DNA from: Dehalococcoidia bacterium
Lineage (GTDB): Bacteria; Chloroflexota; Dehalococcoidia; Bin125
Reading direction: 5' to 3'
Length of the DNA stretch: 64,000 nucleotides
NCBI GenBank assembly: GCA_963663235.2
Contig: CAXXNO010000004.1
Coordinates: 96,001-160,000 of the forward strand
Positions 55,561-64,000 of the stretch are shown here, one piece after another (position 1 is the stretch's first letter; the number at the start of each line of letters is the position of its first letter). Both the position numbers and the translations under genes were made by a program. The notes under the pieces were generated by a model. That model had not been told where the DNA came from. It was given only the letters and a program-made list of their open reading frames with translations, and did not search any database.

Positions 55561-57728
55561 CCCTGCGGCCAGGGACCGCCGCGCCCCTCCACCAGCACCC
55601 AGACGGCCTCAAAGTGGGGAAGTTCAGTGAGCGTCGGGGGCAGAGGGCTGCGCGAGATGTAGGCGCGGAAGCGCTGCCGCTCCTCGGCCCAGGCGTAGAC
55701 CGCCACGATCTCCGCAGTCGTTTGGGTGAGCGCCGTTTGTGGGTCGGTGGTGGGACCAGCCCAAACGACCAGTTGCCACCCTGGCTGTAACGTCGGTGCC
55801 TGGAAGAGCGCACGGAACTGCCGCCAGGGGACCGGAGGCGTTCGTCCCATGAAGATCCAGAGCCCCTGGCCGGTACGGATCTCGTCGATGGTGAAGAGGG
55901 GGTCACCGGGCACGGCCAGTTCCCACGCCTCCCCGTTGCGGGCGAAGACGCGGCGCGCGGCGGGGGGGAGATCGGCCAGCACGACGTCGCCGGGGCCGGT
56001 GGGGCCGGCCCAGCTCACCAGGTTCCAGCCGGGACGCAGCACCACATCACGCGGCAAGGCCACGGTCAGCGGCGTGGAAGGACGCGAGGCGCCACCGGCG
56101 CTCGTGGCGACGGCGGTGAGCGCGACCTGGGCGACCGTGCCATCGAAGCGCTGCAGCAAGACGCGCAGCGTGAAGTGGCCCGTCGCGTCGGCTTGGACAG
56201 TGGCGATCTGCTCGCCCGGCGGATCGGCGGAGACCGCCACGGCGCTGCCCACGGCGGCGGTCCCTTCCAGCTCGATGGCTGTGACGGCCACGAGCGCCTG
56301 GGTGATCGCCGGCGGCGCGGGCGCGCCGGCCTGGAGGGCCGTGAGCGTCGCGCCGAAGTGCAAGCGGCCGCTGCCGTCCCAACCAGGCGCCCCGGCGTCG
56401 GGGAGGTCCACGGCGCCGTCGCTGAGCAGGCGGCGCACATCATCGGAGGAGGCGGCGGGATCCAGGGCGCGGATCAAGACGACCGCGCCCGTGACGAAGG
56501 GAGCAGAGAAAGACGTGCCAGTGCCCGTGTCGAAGGTGGGCTCGCCGGTCAGCGCCTGCACGCTGGTGGACAGGACGTCTACACCGAGCGCCACGAACTC
56601 CACCTCGGGGCCTATCGGGGAGAAGAGCGGACGGACGTCCGGGGCCTGCTCCCCATCGTGCGAGCCCACGGCGATCACATCGGGCAACGCGGCGGGGAAG
56701 GTCACGTCGAACCCGGTATTGCCGGCGGCCCCCACCAGGATCAGGCCGGCAGCGGCTGCGGCCTCCACCGCGATCTGGGCCGACTGCGGGAGCACACTGG
56801 CCGCGAGGCTGATGTTGACGATGTCGGCCCCGTTGGCGATGGCGTACTCGAGGGCGGCGACGAGACCGGAGAAGAGGCCGTCGCCTTCCGGGCTGGTGAC
56901 GCGCAACGCCATGATCGACACCTGCCAGGCGGCGCCGGCGATGCCGAACTGATTGTTGCCCACCGCCGCGATGATCCCGGCAACCTGCGTGCCGTGCCCG
57001 ACGGCGCCGTCCGGGACGCCGTCCTGATCCTGGTCCTCGCCGTCCCCCAGGGCGGAGTCACCGGGCTTGGCGTCGGGGTCGTTGTCCTGGCCGGGCCGGC
57101 CCGAACCGCTGCCCTGCCAATCGCTGATGAAGTCGTAGCCGTTAATATCGTCGACGAAGCCGTTGCCGTCGTCATCGAGGCCGTTGCCGGGCACCTCGCC
57201 GAGGTTGGTCCAGATGTTGGAAGCGAGATCCGGATGGTCGAGGTCAACAGCGCCGTCGATGAGCGCGACCACCACGTCGGGGCGGCCGGTGGTGACGGCC
57301 CAGGCCTCGGGCCCGCCCATGAGGTCATAGAACCAAGCCTGGTCGGTAGCGTACTGGGGGTCGTCGGGCACCACCTGCGCCAGGCGCAGGCTGTAGTTCG
57401 GCTCCGCCAGGTCGACCAGACCGGCGGCCAAGAGGCGGTGGCGTGTCTCCTCCACGGTCCCGAGCGGCACGCGGAGACGAGTGATGCCTGTCAGGGGATA
57501 CTCATCGAGGATCTGGACGTCGAGGCGGTCGAGCGCGGCGACGCGCAGATCGGGCGTCGCCGCCGTCTTGAAGCGCACGAGTAACTCGCCGTCGAGAAAG
57601 CTTTCGGCCCCAGAGGACGGAGGCGGCGGCGCGGGAGCATCGGCGCGGAGGCCCCCCCCGGTCAGTACCGCGCCGGCAAGGACGAGGGCCACCCAGAGTG
57701 CGGGGAACAGGGAGCGGCGTCGCAGCAT
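55557..57728 (-). CDS. secreted S8 (subtilisin) serine protease with Ig-like domain and two copies of the shared C-terminal module
   Basis: Signal peptide, propeptide (GELLVRFK...AEPNY), triad VALIDG / GHGTQVAG / GTSFSAP, acidic insertion before His, two CTD copies. Confidence 0.92.
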   Translation of the reverse strand: MLRRRSLFPALWVALVLAGAVLTGGGLRADAPAPPPPSSGAESFLDGELLVRFKTAATPDLRVAALDRLDVQILDEYPLTGITRLRVPLGTVEETRHRLLAAGLVDLAEPNYSLRLAQVVPDDPQYATDQAWFYDLMGGPEAWAVTTGRPDVVVALIDGAVDLDHPDLASNIWTNLGEVPGNGLDDDGNGFVDDINGYDFISDWQGSGSGRPGQDNDPDAKPGDSALGDGEDQDQDGVPDGAVGHGTQVAGIIAAVGNNQFGIAGAAWQVSIMALRVTSPEGDGLFSGLVAALEYAIANGADIVNISLAASVLPQSAQIAVEAAAAAGLILVGAAGNTGFDVTFPAALPDVIAVGSHDGEQAPDVRPLFSPIGPEVEFVALGVDVLSTSVQALTGEPTFDTGTGTSFSAPFVTGAVVLIRALDPAASSDDVRRLLSDGAVDLPDAGAPGWDGSGRLHFGATLTALQAGAPAPPAITQALVAVTAIELEGTAAVGSAVAVSADPPGEQIATVQADATGHFTLRVLLQRFDGTVAQVALTAVATSAGGASRPSTPLTVALPRDVVLRPGWNLVSWAGPTGPGDVVLADLPPAARRVFARNGEAWELAVPGDPLFTIDEIRTGQGLWIFMGRTPPVPWRQFRALFQAPTLQPGWQLVVWAGPTTDPQTALTQTTAEIVAVYAWAEERQRFRAYISRSPLPPTLTELPHFEAVWVLVEGRGGPWPQG

Positions 57729-57844
57729 GGCCCTCAGTCTAGGGACAGCCGGGGCAACGAGCAGAATGCGACGCGCGGGCCGCGCCGGGACGCCCACCCA
57801 ACCCAGGCTGCGCCACGGGCGGGCATGCGCGATATCATGACGCC

Positions 57845-58945
57845 ATGGGCTGGCCGCGGCTGAGCGAGCGCAGTAGAACGTCCGTGGAGCACGCGGCGAC
57901 CTCCCTCCACGCCGGATGGCACCGACCAAAGAGCGCGCGAGACTGGGCGCGCCTGGCCGCCTGGGGGCTGTTGGCGTTTGGGCTGGCGGCGCCGATCATC
58001 CGCCTCACCGTGGGCTACGACAGCATCGGCCTGGCGTTCACGCTCCCGGTTGCGCTGGGGGCGCTGCTCTGGGTCACGCCGCGCCGCTATGAGCTGCGCA
58101 CGTGGCTGTTCTACGTCGTGGCCCTCTACTTCTTCACCCAACTCCGGGACGCGGCGGATGAAACCTCGATCAAGGCGAGCACCGGCTACGTCCTGGACTG
58201 GGAGCTGTGGATGTTCGGCGGGGACACCCCCTCCGCCTGGCTGCAAGCGCGCGCGGGCGGCGCACAGGGGGATCCGGGAGCGCTGGCGTTCTTCTCCGCG
58301 TTCGTGCATTGGAGCTGGTTCATCTTCCCGCACGCCGTGGTGGTGGCGACCTTCTTTTTCGCGCGGGCGATGTTCTTCCGGGTGGCGGTGATCATGGCCG
58401 GCACGTACTTCTTTGCGGTGGCGCTCTACTATCTCGTGCCCACCGTCCCGCCTTGGATGGCGGTGGAGCAAGGAGCACTTACGGGGATCCGGCGGATCAT
58501 GGAGGACGTGGGGCCGCAACTGGTGGGACAGAGCGTCTGGGACAGCGTGTTTGGCGTCTTCGCCGATCCCAACCCGCGCGCGGCGATCCCATCGCTGCAC
58601 TTTGCGGCGTCATTCACCGCGCTGATCGTGGCGGTGTTCCTGCGGGCCCCGCGGCTCTTCGCCTTCGCGCTGCTGTACTGCATTGTGCTCACGTTTGCGT
58701 TGATGTACTTGGGCGAGCATTACTTCGCCGACATTCTGGCCGGCGGGGCGGCGGCGCTGGCCTCCGTCTTTATCGTGGAGACGGCGCTGGGCAACGGCCC
58801 CGGCGTGGGCATCGCCCGGTGGGTGCGCACCCGTGTGGCCGCAACCGGAAGGGCCCCGCAACCGAGCGGCGCGGCGGGCGCTCCGGGCCGTGGCGGATTC
58901 CCCACCGCTCGTCATCGATGCCGTGGCACCCGCGCCAGGAGGTAG
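57845..58945 (+). CDS. PAP2-family membrane protein (AUR1/IPT1-like)
   Basis: Multiple TM helices, PTVPPW, AAIPSLH, GEHYFADI. Confidence 0.85.
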   Translation: MGWPRLSERSRTSVEHAATSLHAGWHRPKSARDWARLAAWGLLAFGLAAPIIRLTVGYDSIGLAFTLPVALGALLWVTPRRYELRTWLFYVVALYFFTQLRDAADETSIKASTGYVLDWELWMFGGDTPSAWLQARAGGAQGDPGALAFFSAFVHWSWFIFPHAVVVATFFFARAMFFRVAVIMAGTYFFAVALYYLVPTVPPWMAVEQGALTGIRRIMEDVGPQLVGQSVWDSVFGVFADPNPRAAIPSLHFAASFTALIVAVFLRAPRLFAFALLYCIVLTFALMYLGEHYFADILAGGAAALASVFIVETALGNGPGVGIARWVRTRVAATGRAPQPSGAAGAPGRGGFPTARHRCRGTRARR

Positions 58946-58949
58946 GGCC

Positions 58950-60047
58950 GTGCCCGTCCGCCTGATGCGACGCCTGCTGGGGCTCAGCGTGAGCCCGGTG
59001 GGGCGTCTGCTTCTGGGCATGGCGGTGAGCGCCGTTTTCGCGGTGCTGTTCCTGCGCGGCACGGACTTTGGGGCGGTGGGGAGGGCGTTCAGCGAGGCCG
59101 ACGTGCGCCTGATCCTTCTGGGGCTGGCGGCCTATTTCGCGGGCGTCTGGCTGCGCGCCGTGCGGTGGCACTACCTGTTCATGCCGGTGCGTCCGATACC
59201 GGCGCGACAACTGTTCCCCATTGTGGCCATCGGCTACGCGACCAACAACGTGCTGCCGGCGCGCACGGGCGAGGTGGTCCGCGCGCATGTTTTCGGACGG
59301 CGGTTCGGCGTCAGCCAGATGAGCGGCCTGGGCAGCGTGGCCATGGAGCGGCTGTTCGACGGACTCATGCTCACGATCTTTCTCTGCGTGGGCGTGGCGG
59401 CGAGCTTGGTGGGGATCTTTGGGATGGACTACGCCGGGGACGCCCTGGCCGCCGTCATGGGCTTCCTCATCTTCGGGGTCAGCATCGCGTTCGCGTTGAG
59501 CTACCGGATTGCGACGCACCCGGAGACGGCGGAACGGATGGTGCGGTGGGGCCTGCGGTTGGTGCCGTGGCTGCGCTCCCGCGACCACGGGTGGATCGGG
59601 GCATTCATCGCCGGGCTGGGGGCGTTGCGGAGCCGACGGCTGTTTACCTCCGCCCTCTGGACCAGCGCCGCGGCCTGGGGCTTCGAGGCGCTGATGTACT
59701 GGCTGGTGGGGGAGGGTTTCGGGCTGAATCAACCGTTCCCGGTGTATTTGCTGATCGCCGCTGCGGCCAACATCATCATCACGGCCCCATCAACCAGCGG
59801 CGGGATCGGCCCGTTCGAATGGGCGGCGAAATCCGTGCTCCTCATCTTCTTGGCCGGTGAAGTCCCAGATGCGGAGGAAAAAGCGATCGCCTACGCGGCG
59901 GCCCTGCACGGCTTAGTGCTAGTGCCGATCACGATCGTGGGGATGGCGTTCCTCTGGTACTACCACGTCCCCCTGGCGCGGCTGGCGCGCACCCGCACGC
60001 TGGAAACGCCCGAGGCCGAGTCCGGCGTGAAACCGTTGCCGCGCTAG
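58950..60047 (+). CDS. lysylphosphatidylglycerol synthase TM-domain (UPF0104 flippase-like) protein
   Basis: RBS AGGAGG, LRAVRW, NNVLPARTGEVVR, ERLFD, PSTSGGIGPFE. Confidence 0.88.
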   Translation: MPVRLMRRLLGLSVSPVGRLLLGMAVSAVFAVLFLRGTDFGAVGRAFSEADVRLILLGLAAYFAGVWLRAVRWHYLFMPVRPIPARQLFPIVAIGYATNNVLPARTGEVVRAHVFGRRFGVSQMSGLGSVAMERLFDGLMLTIFLCVGVAASLVGIFGMDYAGDALAAVMGFLIFGVSIAFALSYRIATHPETAERMVRWGLRLVPWLRSRDHGWIGAFIAGLGALRSRRLFTSALWTSAAAWGFEALMYWLVGEGFGLNQPFPVYLLIAAAANIIITAPSTSGGIGPFEWAAKSVLLIFLAGEVPDAEEKAIAYAAALHGLVLVPITIVGMAFLWYYHVPLARLARTRTLETPEAESGVKPLPR

Positions 60048-60060
60048 CAGCGCCAGGCTG

Positions 60061-61356
60061 CTAGGCGGCGCTCTCCGCGGGTACGCGGAGGGCGCCGGAG
60101 CGGTAGACGGCGCGCAGGTCGCCCTGCGCGAGCGACCAAGCCACCAGCACAAGCACAAAGACGATGGCGGGGCCGACCAAGAGCGGGCGCACGCCGATCA
60201 CGTCCGCCGCGCCGCCGTTGGCGAGCATCATCAGCGACATCACGCCACCGGCGGCGAGCAGGTAGAGGCTCATCACCCGTCCGCGGAGCGCGTCCGGCAC
60301 CACCGACTGGATCAACGTGAGGGCGAGCGCCATGAAGATCGCCTGCGAGGCTCCGATGACGACGACGGCGGCGATGGCGGCCGTCACCGTGGGGGCCAGT
60401 CCCAGCGTGAGCACCGCCAGCCCGGAGATGACGCCGGTCACGAGGAACAACGCGCCCCGGGAGGTCCCGCTGCCGATGGTCGAGAGGGCCAGCGTCCCGA
60501 TCAGAGCGCCGACGCCGATGCCGGTGATCATCCAGGCGAAGAGGCGCTCGCCGCCGGCCAGCTCGTCGCGGGCGAGGATGGGGAGGAGCGTGTCGAACGA
60601 CATGGTGAGCATGCAATGCAACGCGGTGAGGGCGAAGATCATGCGCACCTCCGGCACTCGTCCGACGTAAGCGAGCCCCTCCCGGAGGTTGTCCCGGACC
60701 TCCTCCACCACGCTCCCCTGCACCCCCTTGAGATCGCCCGTCGAGCGGACGCGCACGCGCGTCAGCGCCAGGATGGACGTGAACTGGAAAGCCGCCGCCA
60801 ACACGAAGACACCCCCGGCGCCGCCGCCAGCCAGCAGCGGCCCGCCGACTGCCGGGCCGATGGCGCGCGAGCCCCACATCGCGAGCGAAGAGAGGGCGAC
60901 GGCGTTCATCAGCGCGCTGGGCCGCACGGTGTTGGGAAGCAGGGCGAACTCCGCGGGCTTCTCGACGGAGCGGGCCAAGCCATCGCCGAAAGCCAGCAGC
61001 GCGAGTTGCCAGAAGGAGATGACGTCGGTGAAGGCGAGAACGGCCAGCGTCACCGAGAGGAGGAGTGAGATCGACCGGGCGCACTGCAAGATGCGGGCGC
61101 GATCGAAGCGATCGGCCAAGACGCCGCCCAAGGGCGAAAGCATGAAGGGCCCGATGGCGGCGAACGTGACCACGCCGATGGCGAGGCCGCTATCGGTCAG
61201 CTCCAGCGCCAGCCAGGCCCGGGCCATGATGGTGGACCAGAGGGCGACGGAGGAGGCGGCGGATGCGCCCCAGAGCCAGCGGTATTCCCGATGACCGAGA
61301 GCCGGGAAGCGGCCACCGGGCTCGGCGGTGTCCGGCGGGGCCGGAGTGTCGTCCAT
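60061..61356 (-). CDS. MFS transporter
   Basis: GGVLADRFDR, VPDALRGRVMS, about 12 TM helices. Confidence 0.9.
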   Translation of the reverse strand: MDDTPAPPDTAEPGGRFPALGHREYRWLWGASAASSVALWSTIMARAWLALELTDSGLAIGVVTFAAIGPFMLSPLGGVLADRFDRARILQCARSISLLLSVTLAVLAFTDVISFWQLALLAFGDGLARSVEKPAEFALLPNTVRPSALMNAVALSSLAMWGSRAIGPAVGGPLLAGGGAGGVFVLAAAFQFTSILALTRVRVRSTGDLKGVQGSVVEEVRDNLREGLAYVGRVPEVRMIFALTALHCMLTMSFDTLLPILARDELAGGERLFAWMITGIGVGALIGTLALSTIGSGTSRGALFLVTGVISGLAVLTLGLAPTVTAAIAAVVVIGASQAIFMALALTLIQSVVPDALRGRVMSLYLLAAGGVMSLMMLANGGAADVIGVRPLLVGPAIVFVLVLVAWSLAQGDLRAVYRSGALRVPAESAA

Positions 61357-61490
61357 ATTGGAGCGCAGTGTACTCTGCCGGATCGCGGCCGGCATCGGGC
61401 TGAAGGGGAGCGGCCGGTCCACTACCCTGGGCGGGCGCGGGCCGGCGGTTCGCGCTCGGCACTCCGATTCGACCGGCAGGAGGATCCCGC

Positions 61491-63164
61491 ATGCCTCTCG
61501 ACCCTCGTCACCGCAGCCACGTTCTCGTCGACGGGCCGGGCCGGGCGCCGGCGCGCTCCTACTTCAAGTCGGTCGGGTTCAGCAGCGAGGACCTGCGCCA
61601 GCCGCTGGTGATGGTGGCGCATAGCTGGATCGGCACGATGCCGTGCAACTACAGCCAGCGGGCCCTGGCCCAGGAAGTGATGGCCGGCGTGCGGGCGGCC
61701 GGGGGCACGCCGATGGAGGTGAACACGATCTCGATCAGCGACGGCATCGCCATGGGCACGGAGGGGATGAAGGCGTCGCTGATCAGTCGTGAGGTGATCG
61801 CGGACTCGCTCGAGTTGTGCGGCGTGGGGTATGCCTTTGATGCCGCGGTGATCATCGTGGGGTGTGACAAGACGATCCCGGCCGCCCCGATGGCGCTGGC
61901 GCGGTTGAACATCCCGGGGGTGGTGCTGTACAGCGGGTCGATTGCGCCGGGGCGGTACAAGGGGCACGACATCACCATCCAAGACGTGTTTGAGGGAGTG
62001 GGGCAGGAGGCCGCCGGCATCATCAGCGCAGCGGAGCTCACGGCGATCGAAGAGGTGGCCTGCCCAGGGGCCGGGGCGTGTGGCGCGCAGTACACCGCGA
62101 ACACCATGGCCATGGTGATGGAGTTCATCGGGATGGCGCCGCTGGGCAGCGGGAGCGTCGGCGCGACGGACCCGCGCAAGAACGAGGTGGGGCGGCGCAG
62201 CGGCGAACTCTTGATGCAGGCGCTGCAGCGGGGCACCCTGCCGCGGGAGATCCTCACGCGCAAGGCGATCGAGAACGGGATCATCTGCACCGCGGCGACG
62301 GGTGGGTCCACCAACGCCGTGCTGCACCTGCTGGCGATCGCCGCAGAGGCGGACGTGCCGCTGACCCTCGACGATTTCGACCGGATCAGTGAGCAGACGC
62401 CGATCATCGGCGACCTGCGGCCGGGCGGGCGCTACGTGGCGCTGGACGTCGATCGGGCGGGGGGGACGCCACTGCTGGCGAAACGGCTGCTGGAAGCGGG
62501 CAAACTGCATGGCGACGTCATGACGGTGACGGGGAGAACGATTGCGGAGGAGGCGGCCGAAGCGGTGGAGACGCCGGGGCAGGACGTGATCCTGCCCGTG
62601 GAGCGGGCGCTCAAGCCGACCGGCGGGCTGGTCATTCTCAAGGGCAACCTGGCCCCAGAGGGCTGCGTGATCAAGGTTGCGGGCCATGAATGGCTCACGC
62701 ACCGCGGCCCGGCGCGCGTCTTCGAGCGGGAGGAGGACGCCTTCCAGGCGGTCACGACGGGGCGGATCAAGGCGGAGGACGTGGTGGTGATCCGCAACGA
62801 AGGGCCGAAGGGCGGGCCGGGCATGCGCGAGATGCTGGGTGTCACCGCCGCGCTCGTCGGCGAGGGGCTGGGCGAGCGCGTGGCGCTGTTGACGGACGGC
62901 CGGTTCAGCGGCGCGACGCACGGGCTCATGGCGGGGCACGTGGCGCCGGAAGCGGCGGTGGGCGGGCCGATCGCCGCGGTGCGCGAGGGCGACATCATCA
63001 GTTTCGACGTGGCCAAGCGGCGGCTGGACATCGGGATCGACGAGGCGGAGATGTCGCGCCGGTTGGCGGAGTGGAAGCCGCCCGCGCCTCGCTACCCGCG
63101 TGGGGCGTTTGCGAAATACGCGCGCAGCGTGTCGAGCGCGTCGCAGGGGGCGATCACCGGTTAA
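61491..63164 (+). CDS. ilvD: dihydroxy-acid dehydratase
   Basis: MPCN, SDGIAMG, GCDKTIP, GACGAQYTANTM, GGSTNAVLHL, GPKGGPGMREM, TDGRFSG. Confidence 0.96.
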   Translation: MPLDPRHRSHVLVDGPGRAPARSYFKSVGFSSEDLRQPLVMVAHSWIGTMPCNYSQRALAQEVMAGVRAAGGTPMEVNTISISDGIAMGTEGMKASLISREVIADSLELCGVGYAFDAAVIIVGCDKTIPAAPMALARLNIPGVVLYSGSIAPGRYKGHDITIQDVFEGVGQEAAGIISAAELTAIEEVACPGAGACGAQYTANTMAMVMEFIGMAPLGSGSVGATDPRKNEVGRRSGELLMQALQRGTLPREILTRKAIENGIICTAATGGSTNAVLHLLAIAAEADVPLTLDDFDRISEQTPIIGDLRPGGRYVALDVDRAGGTPLLAKRLLEAGKLHGDVMTVTGRTIAEEAAEAVETPGQDVILPVERALKPTGGLVILKGNLAPEGCVIKVAGHEWLTHRGPARVFEREEDAFQAVTTGRIKAEDVVVIRNEGPKGGPGMREMLGVTAALVGEGLGERVALLTDGRFSGATHGLMAGHVAPEAAVGGPIAAVREGDIISFDVAKRRLDIGIDEAEMSRRLAEWKPPAPRYPRGAFAKYARSVSSASQGAITG

Positions 63165-63185
63165 GGGCGCAGAGAGGAGCGAGGC

Positions 63186-63611
63186 ATGGCCGAGGAGGAC
63201 AACCGCGCGATTGTGCGGCGCGCGATCGAGGCGTTCAACAAGCAGGCGGATCGCAGCGGCTACTTCGACATGTACGCGGCGGACGTCGAGCTGCACGGGT
63301 TTCCGCCGGGGCTGCCGCCGGGCCGTACGGGCCTGCAGGCGTTCTATGGACTGCTCTGGTCCGCCTTCCCGGACGGGGAAATCACTCTGGACGACCTGTT
63401 CGCGGAAGGGGACCGGGTCGCCGCCCGGTTTCACATGACGGGCACCCACAAAGGCGACTTCATGGGGCTGGCCCCGACGGGGAAGCCGGTGACGATCGAA
63501 GGGATCACTATCCTGCGCTTCACGAACGGTGAGTGCGTGGAGCGGTGGAACCGCATCGACGACATGGGATTGATGCAGCAGGTCCGCGCGCTGGCGGCGC
63601 AGGGCGGCTAG
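63186..63611 (+). CDS. SnoaL-like ester cyclase
   Basis: AFPD...EGDRVAARF...GTHKGDFMGLAPTGK. Confidence 0.9.
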   Translation: MAEEDNRAIVRRAIEAFNKQADRSGYFDMYAADVELHGFPPGLPPGRTGLQAFYGLLWSAFPDGEITLDDLFAEGDRVAARFHMTGTHKGDFMGLAPTGKPVTIEGITILRFTNGECVERWNRIDDMGLMQQVRALAAQGG

Positions 63612-63629
63612 CCGCCGCGGCCGCGAGCC

Positions 63630-64000
63630 GTGACGCTGCGCAGCGGGACCGCAGTGCGATGGGCGATCGTCGGGGCGGCATGCGCGCTGGCGGCGCTGGC
63701 CGCGGGCTGCGGAGGCGAGGCCGCAACGGACGGGGAGAGCGCGTCGCGCGCCGTCGTGGAGCCGGCGGTCGAGATGGCGGCGATCGAAGAGGTGGCGGCA
63801 GAGCCGGAAGTGGCGGCCCCCGAACCGCCCCCAGCGGAACCGCGCGCAGCCGATGACCCAGCGCCGAGGAGCGAGGCGCCGCGCCGACCGGTGGTTGTGC
63901 TGGACCCCGGACACGGGGGCACCGACGTGGGCGCGATGGCGCACGGGGTCACGGAGAAGCATTCCAACCTGGCGATGGCGCTGCGCATCAAAGCGCTGCT
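63630..64000 (+). CDS. N-acetylmuramoyl-L-alanine amidase (Amidase_3) lipoprotein, partial
   Basis: Manual translation from GTG 63630: lipobox LAAGC, Pro/Glu linker, VVVLDPGHGGTDVGA..GVTEKHSNL..AL. Confidence 0.85.
   Translation, partial: MTLRSGTAVRWAIVGAACALAALAAGCGGEAATDGESASRAVVEPAVEMAAIEEVAAEPEVAAPEPPPAEPRAADDPAPRSEAPRRPVVVLDPGHGGTDVGAMAHGVTEKHSNLAMALRIKAL

Overview
High-GC bacterial chromosome segment. Gene content suggests Chloroflexota, probably Dehalococcoidia; this is inference, not a database result. Both flanks are ordinary core or metabolic DNA: ArsR-SRPBCC-VOC, AcuI/YhdH, HU, a selenocysteine-type selD missed by the ORF track, lhgO, recF, an AAA+/VWA pair, two paralogous OmpR-type two-component systems, rpsU, mgtE, tRNA-Arg(TCG), tRNA-His, tandem phosphohexomutases and ilvD. 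The centre (about 27.5-39.9 kb) is a cell-envelope cluster of secreted Ig-like/beta-helix proteins, an LPDTG protein and several decayed, frameshifted or inverted gene remnants. The main observation is a ~75-aa C-terminal module (LxxGxNxVxWxG...W/F-xx-Y/F-xP...GxxLWV...W) found in 7 copies on 5 otherwise different secreted proteins, including an S8 protease 20 kb away. It is a candidate surface/S-layer anchoring or sorting domain. I saw no CRISPR array, integrase or intact transposase.
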